Shown one piece after another: positions 51,046 through 64,000 of a stretch of DNA of 64,000 bases. The DNA comes from Bispira polyomma. Its lineage: Eukaryota. A program made the translations under genes and the position numbers. Each line of letters begins with the position of its first letter. Within the stretch, counting starts at the first letter, position 1. The stretch covers positions 22,568,001-22,632,000 of the forward strand of contig OZ287753.1 of assembly GCA_965649765.1 (NCBI GenBank), written 5' to 3'. The notes under the pieces are model-generated. The model saw nothing but the letters and a program-made list of their open reading frames with translations. It did no database searches and was not told the DNA's origin.

Positions 51046-51111
51046 CTGTCTGACTGTACTGGACAGCAGTCCTTTCATCTTCTGCTCATACTGACTTCTA
51101 AGCTGGGTCAG
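51046..51111 (-). CDS. CEP112: CEP112 penultimate coding exon (LTQLRSQYEQKMKGLLSSTVRQ)
   Basis: tccacag|CTG and CAG|gtaatg; 66 nt, phase 0/0; matches human ITYIRQEYETKLKGLMPASLRQ, which directly precedes ELEDTISS. Confidence 0.88.
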
Positions 51112-54100
51112 CTGTGGACAAAGTACAAGAAGAATATCAGGATATTAGGAAATTTGACAGTTTTGGAGAAAACAAAGTCCATAATATGGAAGACACATAA
51201 AATTGACAGATTATATAAATGACTCCGCAAAACTAAACATTGTCGTAAAACAAGTTTGGGCATTAAAATTTCCACACAACCAACCATATGATCATACAAA
51301 CTCCAAATTTGCCTAGACAGGGTCAAAGTTACAACATATGAATTACAAACTACCTATTTTCAAGTAGAAAGACATAATGTTGAATATTACAACCATGAGT
51401 GAAAGTAGCAGTACTACAAATACATTATGCAGGGACAAACCATCTATAAAAACCCAGGAATATTTGTACCAAAATGTGAACTACGTGTGAAAAGTAAATC
51501 CAAAGAACATTTTTAAGTTTGGGGTTTTTCTTTTTAAGTACATGTATATTTCTTTTAGCAGTTTATTTTGTGCTTCAACAAACACCCAACTCATTGTAGG
51601 GGAGAAGGTATCTTTACTGACCCTGCCAAAAAGAGGTAGTTTTTTTTTTCTGGTATTGGTGTATATGCATGATGCCCTATGGAACCAGGAAGACGGACAT
51701 TTTGCCCCCTGTAATTTCCCCTCCATGACATGACCCCCCCATCCCCAATGGGACACAACAATATCCCTACAGTCATTAAAACCATTGACTTATTAGCAGT
51801 ATGCATTCATCAATTCATGTACAATTTACATACAGATTGCTAATATATTACCACACTTTCACACAAAGTTATTACACAGGTGTAGAAAGTCATCACACAA
51901 AGCCATCCACCTAAACAAACAAACAACCGGACACTTTCCTAACAAAAACATTTATAAAGTGGCTTTTTACAACCACAGGCTCAAACTCAACTGAAACCCA
52001 GACTATGTGGAAGTCCTTGTACATGGAAAAAAGCTGTACCTTGTGACCATTCATTTTAATTGAGTTTTCAGTGCTGAATGCAAATATGCAGTCAGATATT
52101 AAGTATCTTCATTCTAGCCAGAGATATGGGGGCTATAAAGCTTGAGCTTAAGTCCAAGACCTTTCTAGAATACGGCCACTGTACTTTGAGTGTAAATGTG
52201 CAAGTTATAATTTAGTTTATAATTAGGGTTTACACAACCGACTGTTGCAGCATACAGCACACTGTATAAATCATCTGACTTAGGTGTGTGTAATGAGTTC
52301 TTATTTCAACCTTTCAGTGTCAAGTGTTAAAGGAAACTCTAGTTGGATATTAAGAAAACCCATTTGTGAAACATTAGCCCTTGTACACATGTTACCCAGA
52401 TTGCGTTTGTTATAAAGACACAAAATAGAATCCGAAATGAAACTAAAACTTTTAACAAGACCAATAATTTTGGGGAAAAATAAACATGTAGATCATTTGA
52501 AATTGGTTTCTCTTGATAATTCAATACTCTGTATCACTAGATCTTTCTTTATCATTAATATTTGAGATAATCCATCATTCTAAAAGCTTTCCATTTTCAA
52601 TTACTGAGAAAATATTCTGGAGATTCAGACTATGTTATTGTATTGTGTCATTTAGGTCACAGTACAAGGTCATTTTATCTTGACACCTTATTCTCAAAAG
52701 CAATACATGTATTAACCCCAGAATAAAACTATGAACAGACATTAAAACTACTTCTGTGCTTACTGCTACAGAACCAAAAAAAAAGAGGAAAGATAAACAT
52801 TCTAAACCATTGGTTTAGATTACATTTTTAGGTTACATGGTTTGCTAAAGATCTCTTCCTAGATCCAGGCCTCAACTTTTGATTACTTCTGTGGGCCATT
52901 TAATAACAGAGGTAACAGGGTAGAAGACACACAGGGCAGGTTATAACCTCTCTCTCACTTCCTGGCCCAATTTATCACCAAATAAAGCCCCCTGCTATCC
53001 ATATGTTTCCGCTTCCATAGTAACACCACCACGCTAGCCTTGAGGGGCAATACATTATACAAAAAGACACTATACATGGAGATCCATCTCTCAGTGGAGT
53101 ATTTACTCTGACAAACGCGTTGGTTTTCATCAATGGTAACACTATTAACGCAAGACAAATTTGTCCTTCCTGATTACTTGACACCCTGTCTGTTCTCTTA
53201 AAGTTCTTCTCTCAATACTCAGTAGAGTGTGTAGAATGGATAACAGATTTTGAAGGAAGGGCAGCTGCTGAGGGGGGGGGGGGGTATTGAGTGTCCTTGG
53301 GGAGGAGGGACAATGCTTTGATCTTGGGATTCCATCTGATGAATGCCTCATAGTAAAACTGTCCATTACTCTTAAAATATCTCACAGAACTAATCTCTCC
53401 CCCCCCCCCCCCAATCCATACCAGGATAGAGACACAAGCCCACAAATTAGACTTTTGTTAGAGTGTGCTATAAATCCCACACAAATCACATATTAGCTAC
53501 ACCAGCTGCTCTGCAGTCAAACGGGTTTACTGCTTTTAATAATGACAAAACTGGCTTTTGTCTGATTTTCGGCTGGGTTACTTTTCTATACACAACGTTT
53601 GCCAATCTACTGCACACAAGCCAATGTAAGCTCAGCAGGGTTTTTAAGACGATTCTGCACCCCCCCGCCCCCTCTGTTTTCGGGAGTCTACTCAATGCTA
53701 TTACAGAAATCCTGATACTTTTAGCGGACTCAGTTTATTGTATTTACCCCGGCAGGATTTAATAACCAATGGATTTCCCCCCAGTGGTGAGCACCCAGCC
53801 AAACCGTTTTGTCATGTAAGTTTGATTTTGGGAAGTTTCTGTAGCGCAGAAAACATGACCATTGTTTTTTTTGTACATTAAATGTTAATGGTTCCGACCA
53901 TTAAGATTGGCCTTTGTAGTGCAATCGAGCGTTAAGTTATCCATCAAAAAGATACATATTTAGAGAAGCTAATTAGGGTTAACAATAGCAGCAGAGATAA
54001 AAGGTAACAGACACACTGAACCCTATGTGGTTGTTTGGAGAGAGTGCATGGATGTACTCACATAATAGTTTACAGAACTGAGTGGATGTGTCCAAATAGG

Positions 54101-55469
54101 ACGGGACAGTCTCCCCTCTAAACATATGCTTCCATTCAGGAGACAGGCATTGAATGATTGGTGACAGCTGATCAGTGACTGATCAGTTTTTTTTCTATTG
54201 AAGAGAGATGGGTGATTTTGTTAACAAGAACTGAATGGAGTGGCCCTGGGGGCCACAGCGTTAGTTGCTGACAATAATAATAATAATAACACATCAAATA
54301 ATAAAAGAATTTAGAATAATAGACAATTTATACCTGAATATTAGGTTTTTATATACATTTATACATACAGGTAAAATTTAGATACAACTATTGAATTACG
54401 AAGAGCTTGAGGTCACGGTAGCATGGATTGAAGTTTTACCTTTCTTCTACGGCATCAAAAATAAATTTAAGTCAAGGCCAACAATATTTTGCTATAAATT
54501 AAAAGATATTTATTGTAAATTCATATTTAATAAATTTCATCACTCTGTAATAAAGGTTCAGCCATTAATAGAAAAATTGTTAAAACTGTGAACCTTATTT
54601 TTTTACTAAGTCTGTGGAAATGAAGCACGTGTATATAGGTGACAATGGAAGAATTTTATGCAAATTAGGCAATCTATCATCGTTAGGAGCACCCCAAAGC
54701 ACCAACTTCCATATAAGGATATTTAACTGTTTCTGTCCTTTGACTCGACAGTAATCGCTAACATAAAACGGACTTAATAAAAAACAAAGTAAATAAGCAC
54801 ACCAACATTTTCTAGAGTAACATTATTATTTTCAATGTTTTGACATAAGTTGGTTGATAATAAATGCCAAATAATAGTTAATTTGTCTATTATTTGATGT
54901 AACTTCATTAAATTTCCTAAAATAATTGCATTAATGGGCATGTTTTGGGCACGAGTTGTGTGTACAAACCTTTCAGGATCGACAACGAGATCTCGAGTAA
55001 GATATAAATAACCTTCACGCCAATCATTTACAAAAACAAAAAAATGTTGTTTGTTTACATTTGTAAACCTGTTATCTCGTTATATATATGTTACATATAT
55101 TATGTTATGTTATCTGTTATATATATCTGTTATATCTCGGAAACGAATAGCTATTTATATGAAAAAAGGAAACCAGTTAAGTGTGTGTGTTTTGGTGGGT
55201 GCTTTTTCTTTTCAAACAAGAAGGTATGCCCCTGGAGGGGCACGTATCTGGATTACTTTCCAAATGTGTGCATAAAGTGTGTAGGTTTCTATAATTGTAA
55301 GGGAGTGCATCAGTAGTTGATGATGTGCTGAGTGGTCACTTTGGCCTACCCTTGGCCTTGGGTAGGCTGAAGCCAGCACCACCTGTTCATCATTTTCGTT
55401 GGGGTTTTCGGCGTACTTAATAAAAATATGTTTATCGTAAAATACGTACAAAGTAAATACACCAATACA

Positions 55470-58400
55470 CCAATTACCTATCATAATACAAAGAGAAAAA
55501 TCTAGTGCTCCCACTACGCCTCACCAGTTACCAATCACTGTACAAAGAGTAATCTAGTGTTCTCAATACCCCTCACCAGTTACCTATCATTATACAAAGA
55601 GTAGTTTACTGTTCCCACTGCCGCTCAGAAGTTACCTGTCACTATGCAAAGAGTAGTCTAGTGCTCCCGCGACTCCTCACCAGTTACCTATCACTGTACA
55701 AAGAGTAATCTAGTGTTCCCACTACCCCTAACCAGTTACCTAGCACTGTACAAGGAGTAGTTTAGTGCTCCCACTACCCCTCACAAGTTACATATCACTG
55801 TACAAAGAGTAGTCTAGTGATTCCTTGCTTTGTTAATACCGATTACTTGAAACTTTTTTCTCAACTTTGATCTGATCTTGATCCTTGTTTTTGAATACTG
55901 GAGTTAGCCACAGTGACAACAGTATTTACCACCAGATCCTTTGGCAATTTTACAGTCACCTCCCCATGGCTGACAGGTGATGTTTAAGGGAAGAAGTAGA
56001 ATACAAAAACAGTACAGTATTTAAGTACAGTATTGTCAGGCCAATAAATTCAATTTAAATAAGTAATGACACATTCATTGTACGATGGCCGATTTATGAA
56101 TTTTAACCACAAGCAGTAGAGTAGATAGTATTGTAGTATGATGGTATTATGATGCACATATTATTTCGATACAAAAAGCTATATTGCCGAAATAAATTGC
56201 TCAGAAATTACTAACGGTAAAAATTTCGTGAAAATATGTTAAGAAAGGGAACGACTGCAGAATTCCCCTGGAGGTCCGCCATTTTGAATGTAGTGATTTC
56301 AGGTGTGAATAAGAAATAATATAATTTATGGTACACCCGTGGACATTGATTGGAACGATTTTTTTGGTTTTGCTTAATATTTTATTATTTAGAAGTACTA
56401 CTTATTTTGTATTTGTACTTCATAAAATAGGTTATATGACAGCACATTTAATAAATAATAAAAAAGGTCTGAAATATTTGATGATTATTCTAGAAATGAA
56501 ATAGTTTCTTCAAATTTTCAAAACCAAAGTGGACATTAATTGGAACACTTTTTTTTCTTTGCTCGTTTTTTTACTATGCTTCTTGATATTAACCAACAAA
56601 TATCAATAAAATTATTCTAAATTACATAATTGCCTATGTAGCCCAATTTGATAAAAATTGTGACAGTAAATCTAAAAAAATCAGCCTGAATAACAAATAG
56701 GCATCCATATTGTCATATTTTGGGTTAACAATGAATAAAATTGCTTTAAAATATTTGCTATTGTTTAACATGGCCGAGTTATTAGATAAAACTATTAAGG
56801 CTCATTTAAAAATATATACCAGTGGAATTTTATTTTACTTCTGTTTTATTTAAGCTACAATTTTACAATTTACTGCATAATCGTTCCAATTAATGTCCGT
56901 TCCAATCAATGTCCACGGGTGTAAATAGCTAATAACTATTTTAATTAGGTTTCTCTTATGTTGCAGTTTTGTGATTATTTTGTAGACATATAAACACATT
57001 GACAGATTGTTTTTTTTATATATATATATATAAAAATACCCACCGACACATTGACAGAATTTTTTTTAACGGTCTGATTAAACACACGTGTTACGTGCAT
57101 ATATAATATAGGTATAACCGCACGTACCACGTTTTAAAATTGTATTATTTACTAGATTGTGCTTTTTGTTGCATCAAAATCCGTTGAGAAATGGCTAAAA
57201 TATTGAACTTTAAATAGGGGTACCCATTTTATGGGCTTTGTCACTAGTTTCCATCTGTGGTCACGTTCTAGCAAGACAGGGCTGGGTGTGCGACTGTGAT
57301 TGGCCGAAAACAATGGTTAAATTATGTATATACTCATTCCTGTTCCATCAGTTGCTGATGGAAACGTAATTAAGAAGGGACAAATTCTACTTTTTCTATG
57401 GTTTGTGGGGCATTATCGAGTCCGTGAATTGTGGGCGATAATCGGGAATATTACCCAAAGAGGGTTAAAATTCAAAGCCGAATTGCTAGAAAAGACAAAT
57501 ATTAAAGTATATTGTGTACTTCATATAATTATGTACCTTATATAATTCTAAAGTCTTTATTTGTGTCACAACCGTATATTCTGCCTCTCCAATGCCAGAA
57601 TGCATTTCGCTATGACGTCATATGGCACCAGAATACAAGTCGTTTCGCTACCTCGCCGTTCCGAATCTGAAACTCGGAAACATCGCCCACCCCATCTGAA
57701 TTACTGTATTGTAGAGACATTAACAAGCAGTGATGGTAGTGACAATTGATTTCTGATTCTTTTAATGGAAGAGTGTTTTATATCACGAATCTGATAGTAA
57801 GATCAGATAGAATTTGAAAGAAAACTATTTTTCTTAACTTTGAACAACTAACTTAGTGGGTTAAATTTGGATCAGCAAAAATCAAATATGGCTGACAGGA
57901 TATGTTTGCGGGAAGAAGAATACGAAAAAAAAAACCAGATCAAATGTTTGTTATTTTTAGATCATGTAATTCCTTGCTTTTTTAATACCGACAACTTTAA
58001 ACTTTTTTCTCAACTTTGATCTGATCTAGATCCTTATTTTTAAATACTGCACTTTAAAGGGAGTTAGCTACAATGATGACAGTATCCACCACCAGATCCT
58101 TTGATGATTTTACAGTCATTTACAAATTTTAAAAATCCAGTTTAAAAGAGGAGTTCACTGTGTTCATGGAGGGTGCTACTCTATCTAGTCATGAAAATGG
58201 CATTTGCAGAGATCTAAATTTTCATATGGATTCATCAGATACATGGTCTACAAATTTTACTGATATTTTAAAACCAATTATCTGCCGAATACATTAGGGT
58301 TAAGGTTAGTGAAAAAAAACTTACCTTTCAGACTGGCTTACCCCCCTCCCTGGGTGGATACTTCCAGGTAGCGACCCTTCACTTGCACGTGGACTTTTGA

Positions 58401-60016
58401 TTCTTGGATATCAGCACGTTAGAGGATGTTCTCATCATTTTTGCGCTTTATAAATGTTTTAATTATTATCAATTATTATGATATAACTTTGATCTGATCT
58501 AGATCCTTGTTTTTGAATGCTGCATTTATAGAACCCCTAACTAGTTACCTGTCACTGTACAAAGAGGAGTCTAGTGCGCCACTACAACTTACCACTTAAC
58601 TATCATAATACAAAAAGTAGTCTAGTGTTCCCACTACCTCTCACCAGTTACCTATATCATTATACAAAAAGTAGTCTTCTGCCCCCACTCACACCTCACC
58701 AGTTACCTATCATAATACAGAGTAGTGTACTGTTCCTACTACCCCTCACCAGTTATCTATCACCTATCACTTGATTCAGACCTCAGTGAGAGTCTCATAT
58801 TAGAGATTGCAGAGTAAAACCTTCATCTTGGCTGACAGGAGATGTTTGAGAAAAGAAAAATACGAAAAACAGATCAATTATTTGATATTTTCAGATAAAG
58901 TGATTCCTTGCTTTGTGAATACTGATTACGTTAAACTTTTTTTGCAACTTTGATCTGATCTTGATCCTTGTTTTTGAATGATGCACTTAAGAGAGAGTTG
59001 GCCACAGTGATCACAGTATCCACCACCAGATCCTTTGATAATTTTACAGTCACCTCCCATGGCTGACTGTAGATGTTTGAAGGAAGAAGTAGAATACAAA
59101 AACAAATTCAATATTTTTATATCGAGTGCACTGAAAATTGCGGACAAATTATTGTCAAAAAGTCATTTATGGGGGTAGAATGTTGTCAAAAATTTGTTAT
59201 TCAGTATACACCATGTGCTTGGTGTGGGTCTTTTATTTCTGCAACATCCAGTTGAATAGAAATGGAAGGAAATGATAACATAGTCTAGTGATCCACTACC
59301 GTTCACCAGTTACCTATCATAATACAAAGAGTATAGTCTAGTGCTCCCACTACCCTCATCAGTTACCTATCACTGTACAAAAAGTAGTCTAGTGTTCCAG
59401 TTAGTTACCCCTCACCAATTACATTTACCTATCATTATACCAAGAGTAGTCCAGTGATCCCACAACCCCTCACCAGTTACCTATCACTGTACAAAGAGTA
59501 GTCTAGTAATTCCTTGCATTGTTAATACCAATTATTTGAAACTTTTTTCTCAACTTTTATCTGATCTTCATCCTTATTTTTGAATACTGCACTTAACAGG
59601 GAGTTAGCCACAGTATCCACCACCAGATCCTTTAGTGATTTTACAGTCACCTCCCAAGGCTGACGGGAGATGTTTGAGGGAATAAGTAGAATACAAAAAC
59701 AGATCAATTATTTAAAATTTTATATCAAGTGATTCCTTGCTTTGTTAATACCAATTCATTCGAAAAATAACTTGATCTGATCTCGATCCTTGTTTGTGAA
59801 TACCGCGCCAAGATTATTCAGAGGGCTGTATATCATTGCCAAGTAATGTAATAAAGAATAATGAGCTATAGTGTTAGTTGCATTTATTTCTTTTTTCCAA
59901 GGGATTGTATTGTGTGACCTATTTCACTCTAGCAGAATTTTCTTTCAGTGAAAGGGAACTGGAGTAGTCTACATGGCTGCTAACAAGGGAGTTAGCCACA
60001 GTTATGACAGTATCCA
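55470..60016. repeat. Composite repeat region: ~50-bp arrays (55470-55820, 58535-58770, 59280-59510) alternating with a ~200-bp unit (55820, 57890, 58830, 59510), interrupted by insertions
   Basis: Units tctagtgctcccactacccctcaccagttacctatcactgtacaaagagtag and gattccttgctttgttaatacc...ctttgatctgatc...gagttagccacagt...gaagtagaatacaaaaacag. Confidence 0.85.
56334..56921. mobile_element. Intact MITE, 24-bp perfect TIRs, TA TSD (Tc1/mariner-like), 588 bp
   Basis: ta|cacccgtggacattgattggaacg ... cgttccaatcaatgtccacgggtg|ta. Confidence 0.92.
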
Positions 60017-60439
60017 AGAAACACGGTTATGCAAGAATGAATTATCCTTTCATGTTTAAGATTATTGTTTTTGACTAACATAAATATACTTCGTAAGAAC
60101 TAACAAGTTACAGAACCATCAAATATCTTTTCATATTAAAGTGCATGTTTGATATCAGTATTTTTGATTTACAAAAACATAGTTCAAGTAAGTTAAATGA
60201 ATCTATAATATAAGTATTAAATCATGTAATCTGTATTATATATACTTACTGTGATGTAGGCATTTAATCAATAAACTTGTATAAAATCTGAAAACTGATA
60301 TTTTGAACAATTTTGGGTATGTAGTCCGGATTTAAGTCCTATAATCAAATATTTTATATTGAAATTCGTCCACTAATCATAAAGTACATAGTAAGAGCTT
60401 TCTGCTGATACCAAAACAAAAATTTTAGGTAAAGTATTC

Positions 60440-61110
60440 AAAGAGATACACCAGTAATTGCAGAATTTTCGTTTCGGGGGCGAGTTTTCGTGCGGGGCGG
60501 TCCTGGCGCACTATGTTTTAAATAAAAGGACGAGTTGTTTATGGGACGAAATGACTTGCAAGGTTTTAGCAATTTCGGCAAATTTTCGAAAACGAGGCAG
60601 ATTTCAATCGACTTTTCGGCAAAAAAATCAGAAAAAGGTAAACTAAAAATATTTCCCTTATTACACTCGATCCCACAAAAAATCTCAGAGCACTAGTTTG
60701 CATAAATACAAGGTGTCAATTTAAGGGATTTAAAATCTTGGAACGAATCCTCGGCAATTTTTTTTAGGTATTACCGGTGAGAAATTTTTTTTCCAAGAAA
60801 CGCCCGCCTCCCCCATAAGATACAAACAGCATTCTGTCACGCCAATCATTTACAGCAAAAAATGTTGTTTGTTTACATTTGTAAACCTCTTATATCTCGG
60901 AAACGAATACATATTTCAACTCCAATTCAATTTTGGACCATCTAGACATGTATATGTACATATCTACTAAAAATCAGGGCTAATGTATGGCTACAACCGG
61001 ACATTAGCCTGCGGACATACGGTAACCAGGCTATCACTAGGGAGTCAGTCTATCCATGGTATAACGATAGTTGCCATTGTCTGCCTCAAGGCAGACTCGG
61101 CAACTAACGT
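60440..61110 (+). mobile_element. Helentron-like element; shares about 100 bp with 55016-55150
   Basis: cacgccaatcatttaca...tatatctcggaaacgaata present in both; terminal hairpin gtctgcctcaaggcagac. Confidence 0.55.
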
Positions 61111-61167
61111 AATAAAATGAGAGTAATTGAAAAAAATATCAAGCCAAGTTTGTTTACACGGTGACTG

Positions 61168-61274
61168 GGCCCGTATTCACAAAGGGACTTAGCTAGGTCT
61201 TAGGCTTAACTCAGTATACTTTTGTGCTAGATTTAAGCCTAAGACTTGGCTAAGTCCCTTTGTGAATATGGGTC
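61168..61274. mobile_element. 107-bp palindromic MITE with CTG TSD
   Basis: ctg|ggcccgtattcacaaagggacttagctaggtcttaggcttaa ... ttaagcctaagacttggctaagtccctttgtgaatatgggtc|ctg. Confidence 0.9.
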
Positions 61275-62806
61275 CTGGATTTTCACTCCTAGGAGGAAAA
61301 AAAAGAAAAAATGTATGTTTCTCCCTTATTTTTTGCTGAATAACTAGCAACTTACAAATGGAATGTCACTGAAAAAGACTCAATATGTATGCCATTTATT
61401 TATGGGCGATGAGATGAAGTTTATACATTATTCTTTTGTCAGGATTTTGAAAAGGAAACCACTACAATATTTGTAATTGTGAAAGGCAATTCAACTGGTT
61501 CTATTTACAGTGTGCTGTATTAATGTCAAGGTCAAAAAAACCTTTGGTGTAAAATAATATAAAGACAATCTTAGCTATACAAAACCAAAGAGTTCCACCT
61601 TTGTATTTTGTCAAGAGCTTTGACTTCTTACTACTTGCTAACGTTCACACAATTAAGACATTCCTTTCTCCTACTCATTAGTTTCAAATACACACATAAA
61701 TAATGGGCCACATTCCCAAACTCTGCATGAGTAAAAAGGCAATTACAATGTGCAATGAAAAGTTTTCACTCACTCAGTAGTAACATCCAGTTATACTATT
61801 TTAACTTTCAAACCTAATTGGGGGTTGAAATAGAAGGCAATGCCCCATTGTTGTAAGTTGTAAACTCGCCCCCTTTTATTTATATATCCGATTGTTTTCT
61901 GAAGATTCTTGAGAAGGCGTGGTGAGTTACCTGGATAAACAAGCGTGGGGTACTTGTGCCCCTATCAAAACTGTTTGATGTTTGTTGAGGCACATACCCC
62001 ACATACTGTATTTATTCAAATAAACAACTTTCTGCAAATAAATATCAACTACTTTCCCTGTTAAATATTTGTTACGAATTTCCTATTTTCGAAGAAGTTG
62101 CTGACTGTTTCGGAACAAGTTCAGGTCTTTTGAGTTTTTGCACCTACCAATTTGCGATATAAGGCATACACAACTTCATAGCGTCATTACATGTTACATT
62201 GAAAATCTTCTAAAATAGAACCTCACTCTAATTTTCAAATATTTAACTCAACCTCCAATATTTCGTCTTAACACTTAAGGCCATTATAGAATGCTGACTA
62301 CATGATAGAACAACAAATTAGAAATAAGAAAATATATAAAGATTATATAGTCTGCTCTGACAGGACAGGGAAATCTATAAAATCCTACTGTTTCGTTGCA
62401 TATTTGGGATTAGTTTTGCTATTGTTAAGCAGATGTATTATATGTTACATGGATTATGTAGTGTTGTTTTGTGTTAATTTTAAGTAGTACTGTTGTGCGG
62501 TGCCGTCCACTGTTGTGCGGTGCCGTCCGCTGCTGTGTAGGGATGCGTAGTCGGCGATCTATAAAGGCCTTAAAATAGCACAATAACACGCACAAATGTG
62601 CCCCCCCGGGTGTTAATTTGGATAAATATGGTAAAAAGGTAAACCCTTTGTTCCCCCATACAGTTCTGTGAGTTCCAAAGTACACTTGATAGAAATAATG
62701 ACATTTCAACCCAAGTTTCATTACACTTCACACTTCTACAACTAGGCTACCCATGAAGGGTTGCTACAAAAGAGACTAATGTTGTATAATAAGCTATTAA
62801 AACCCA

Positions 62807-63976
62807 ACTAGAAAACGGTTTTTGATAACAAAAACGAAGCGTCCCTAAAGTTGAAATAATAATGAAATTGTTTAGTGTACAAGGTTTGATATTGTTTAAA
62901 AGTTGACATATAAGCAGAATCAGCACTTTTGGTCAATGTAAGCTCGAAAAGGATCACCATTTCCGAGATAACAGACGTTTTCTAAAAAGACGCAGAAATT
63001 GAAGATGGTTGCCCAAATCAAAAAATACTATAAAAATTTACATAAAAGAAAAATCAGCCCTATGAGTCGAAAAGGAGCTTGAAATCGCTCTATCTAGCAC
63101 CGTTTCTGAGATAAAGGACATTTTCGAAAAAGACGCAGAAATTCAAGATGGTCGCCAAAATGTAACATTTTTTTAAAAGTTTAAATATAAGCAAAATCAA
63201 CCCTGCGGATTGAAAATGAGCTCGAAATCGGTCTATCTTGCACCGTTTCCGAGATAAATGACATTTTTGAAAAAGACGCAGAAATTCAAGATGGCCGACA
63301 AAATTAAAATTTTTAAAAAAGTTTACACATAAGTAAAATCAACCCTGTGGATCGAAAATGAGCTCGAAATCGCTCTATCTAGCACCGTTTCCGAGATAAA
63401 GGACATTTTCGTAAAAGTCCCAGAAATTCAAGATGGCCGCCAAAATTGAAATTTTTTTAAAAGTTTTCATATAAGCAAAATCAACCCTATGGGTCGAAAA
63501 TGAGCTCGAAATCGCTCTATCTAGCACCGTTTCCAAGATAACTGACATTTTCGAAAAAGACGCAGAAATTCAAGATGGCCGCCAAAATTGAAAGTTTTTT
63601 AAAAGTTTACATATAAGCAAAATCAACCCTGTGGGTCGAAAATGAGCTTGAAATCGCTCTATCTAGCACCGTTTCCGAGATAACTGACATTTTCGAAAAA
63701 GACGCAGAAATTCAAGATGGCCGCCAAAATTGAAAATTTTTTTAAAAGTTTACATATAAGTAAAATCAACCCTGTGGATCGAAAATGAGCTCGAAATCGC
63801 TCTATCTAGTACCGTTTCCGAGATAACGGACATTTTCGGAAAAGACGCAGAAATTCAAGATGGCCGCCAAAATTGAAAGTTTTTAAAAGTTTACATATAA
63901 GCAAAATCAACCCTGTGGGTCAAAAATTAGCTCGAAATCGCTCTATCTAGCACCGTTTCAGAGATAATGGACATTT
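62807..63976 (+). repeat. Tandem array of 142-143-bp units (about 7.5 copies) inside a Helentron-like element
   Basis: gaaattcaagatggccgcc-type motif at 62995, 63138, 63281, 63423, 63565, 63707 and 63850; aactaga start at about 62807. Confidence 0.9.
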
Positions 63977-64000
63977 AAACAAGATAAGAGTGGCCCATGG

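Noticed and set aside
55470-55820. CRISPR-like array
   Set aside because: Head-to-tail repeats with no unique spacers, no cas genes, eukaryotic context. The same applies to the arrays at 46.9 kb and 63 kb.
57610-57622. TGACGTCA (CRE) sites at about 57613 and 47925 as promoters
   Set aside because: Isolated motifs in TE-rich sequence with no associated first exon.
58320-58450. Upstream CEP112 exon (AAG|gtaagt donor on the - strand)
   Set aside because: No CEP112-like translation and stops interrupt the reading frames; the + strand resembles an L2/SINE 3' tail. The next CEP112 exon probably lies beyond the window.

Overview
Eukaryotic, AT-rich, intron- and transposon-rich genomic DNA from an invertebrate animal; the repeat types suggest a mollusc or other lophotrochozoan (inference). 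Two genes converge tail-to-tail. (1) The 3' part of an Axin gene on the + strand: 8 exons between 7240 and 29016 splice in frame at GT-AG junctions into 649 aa carrying the GSK3-binding helix, the beta-catenin-binding helix and the C-terminal DIX domain. The N-terminal tankyrase-binding and RGS exons were not found and probably lie upstream of the window. (2) The last two coding exons of a CEP112 (CCDC46) orthologue on the - strand (51046-51111, 49836-50027). AXIN2 and CEP112 are also neighbours in human, so this may be an ancient microsyntenic pair. The Axin introns are rich in TCF/LEF motifs. The intergenic region and the CEP112 intron are filled with MITEs, tRNA-SINEs, L2 fragments, Helentron-like elements with tandem arrays, and a DIRS-like gag fragment between two copies of a ~515-bp duplication. 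Almost all short ORFs in the supplied track are spurious. I see no prokaryotic-type system, CRISPR array or rRNA, and no wholly new gene family.
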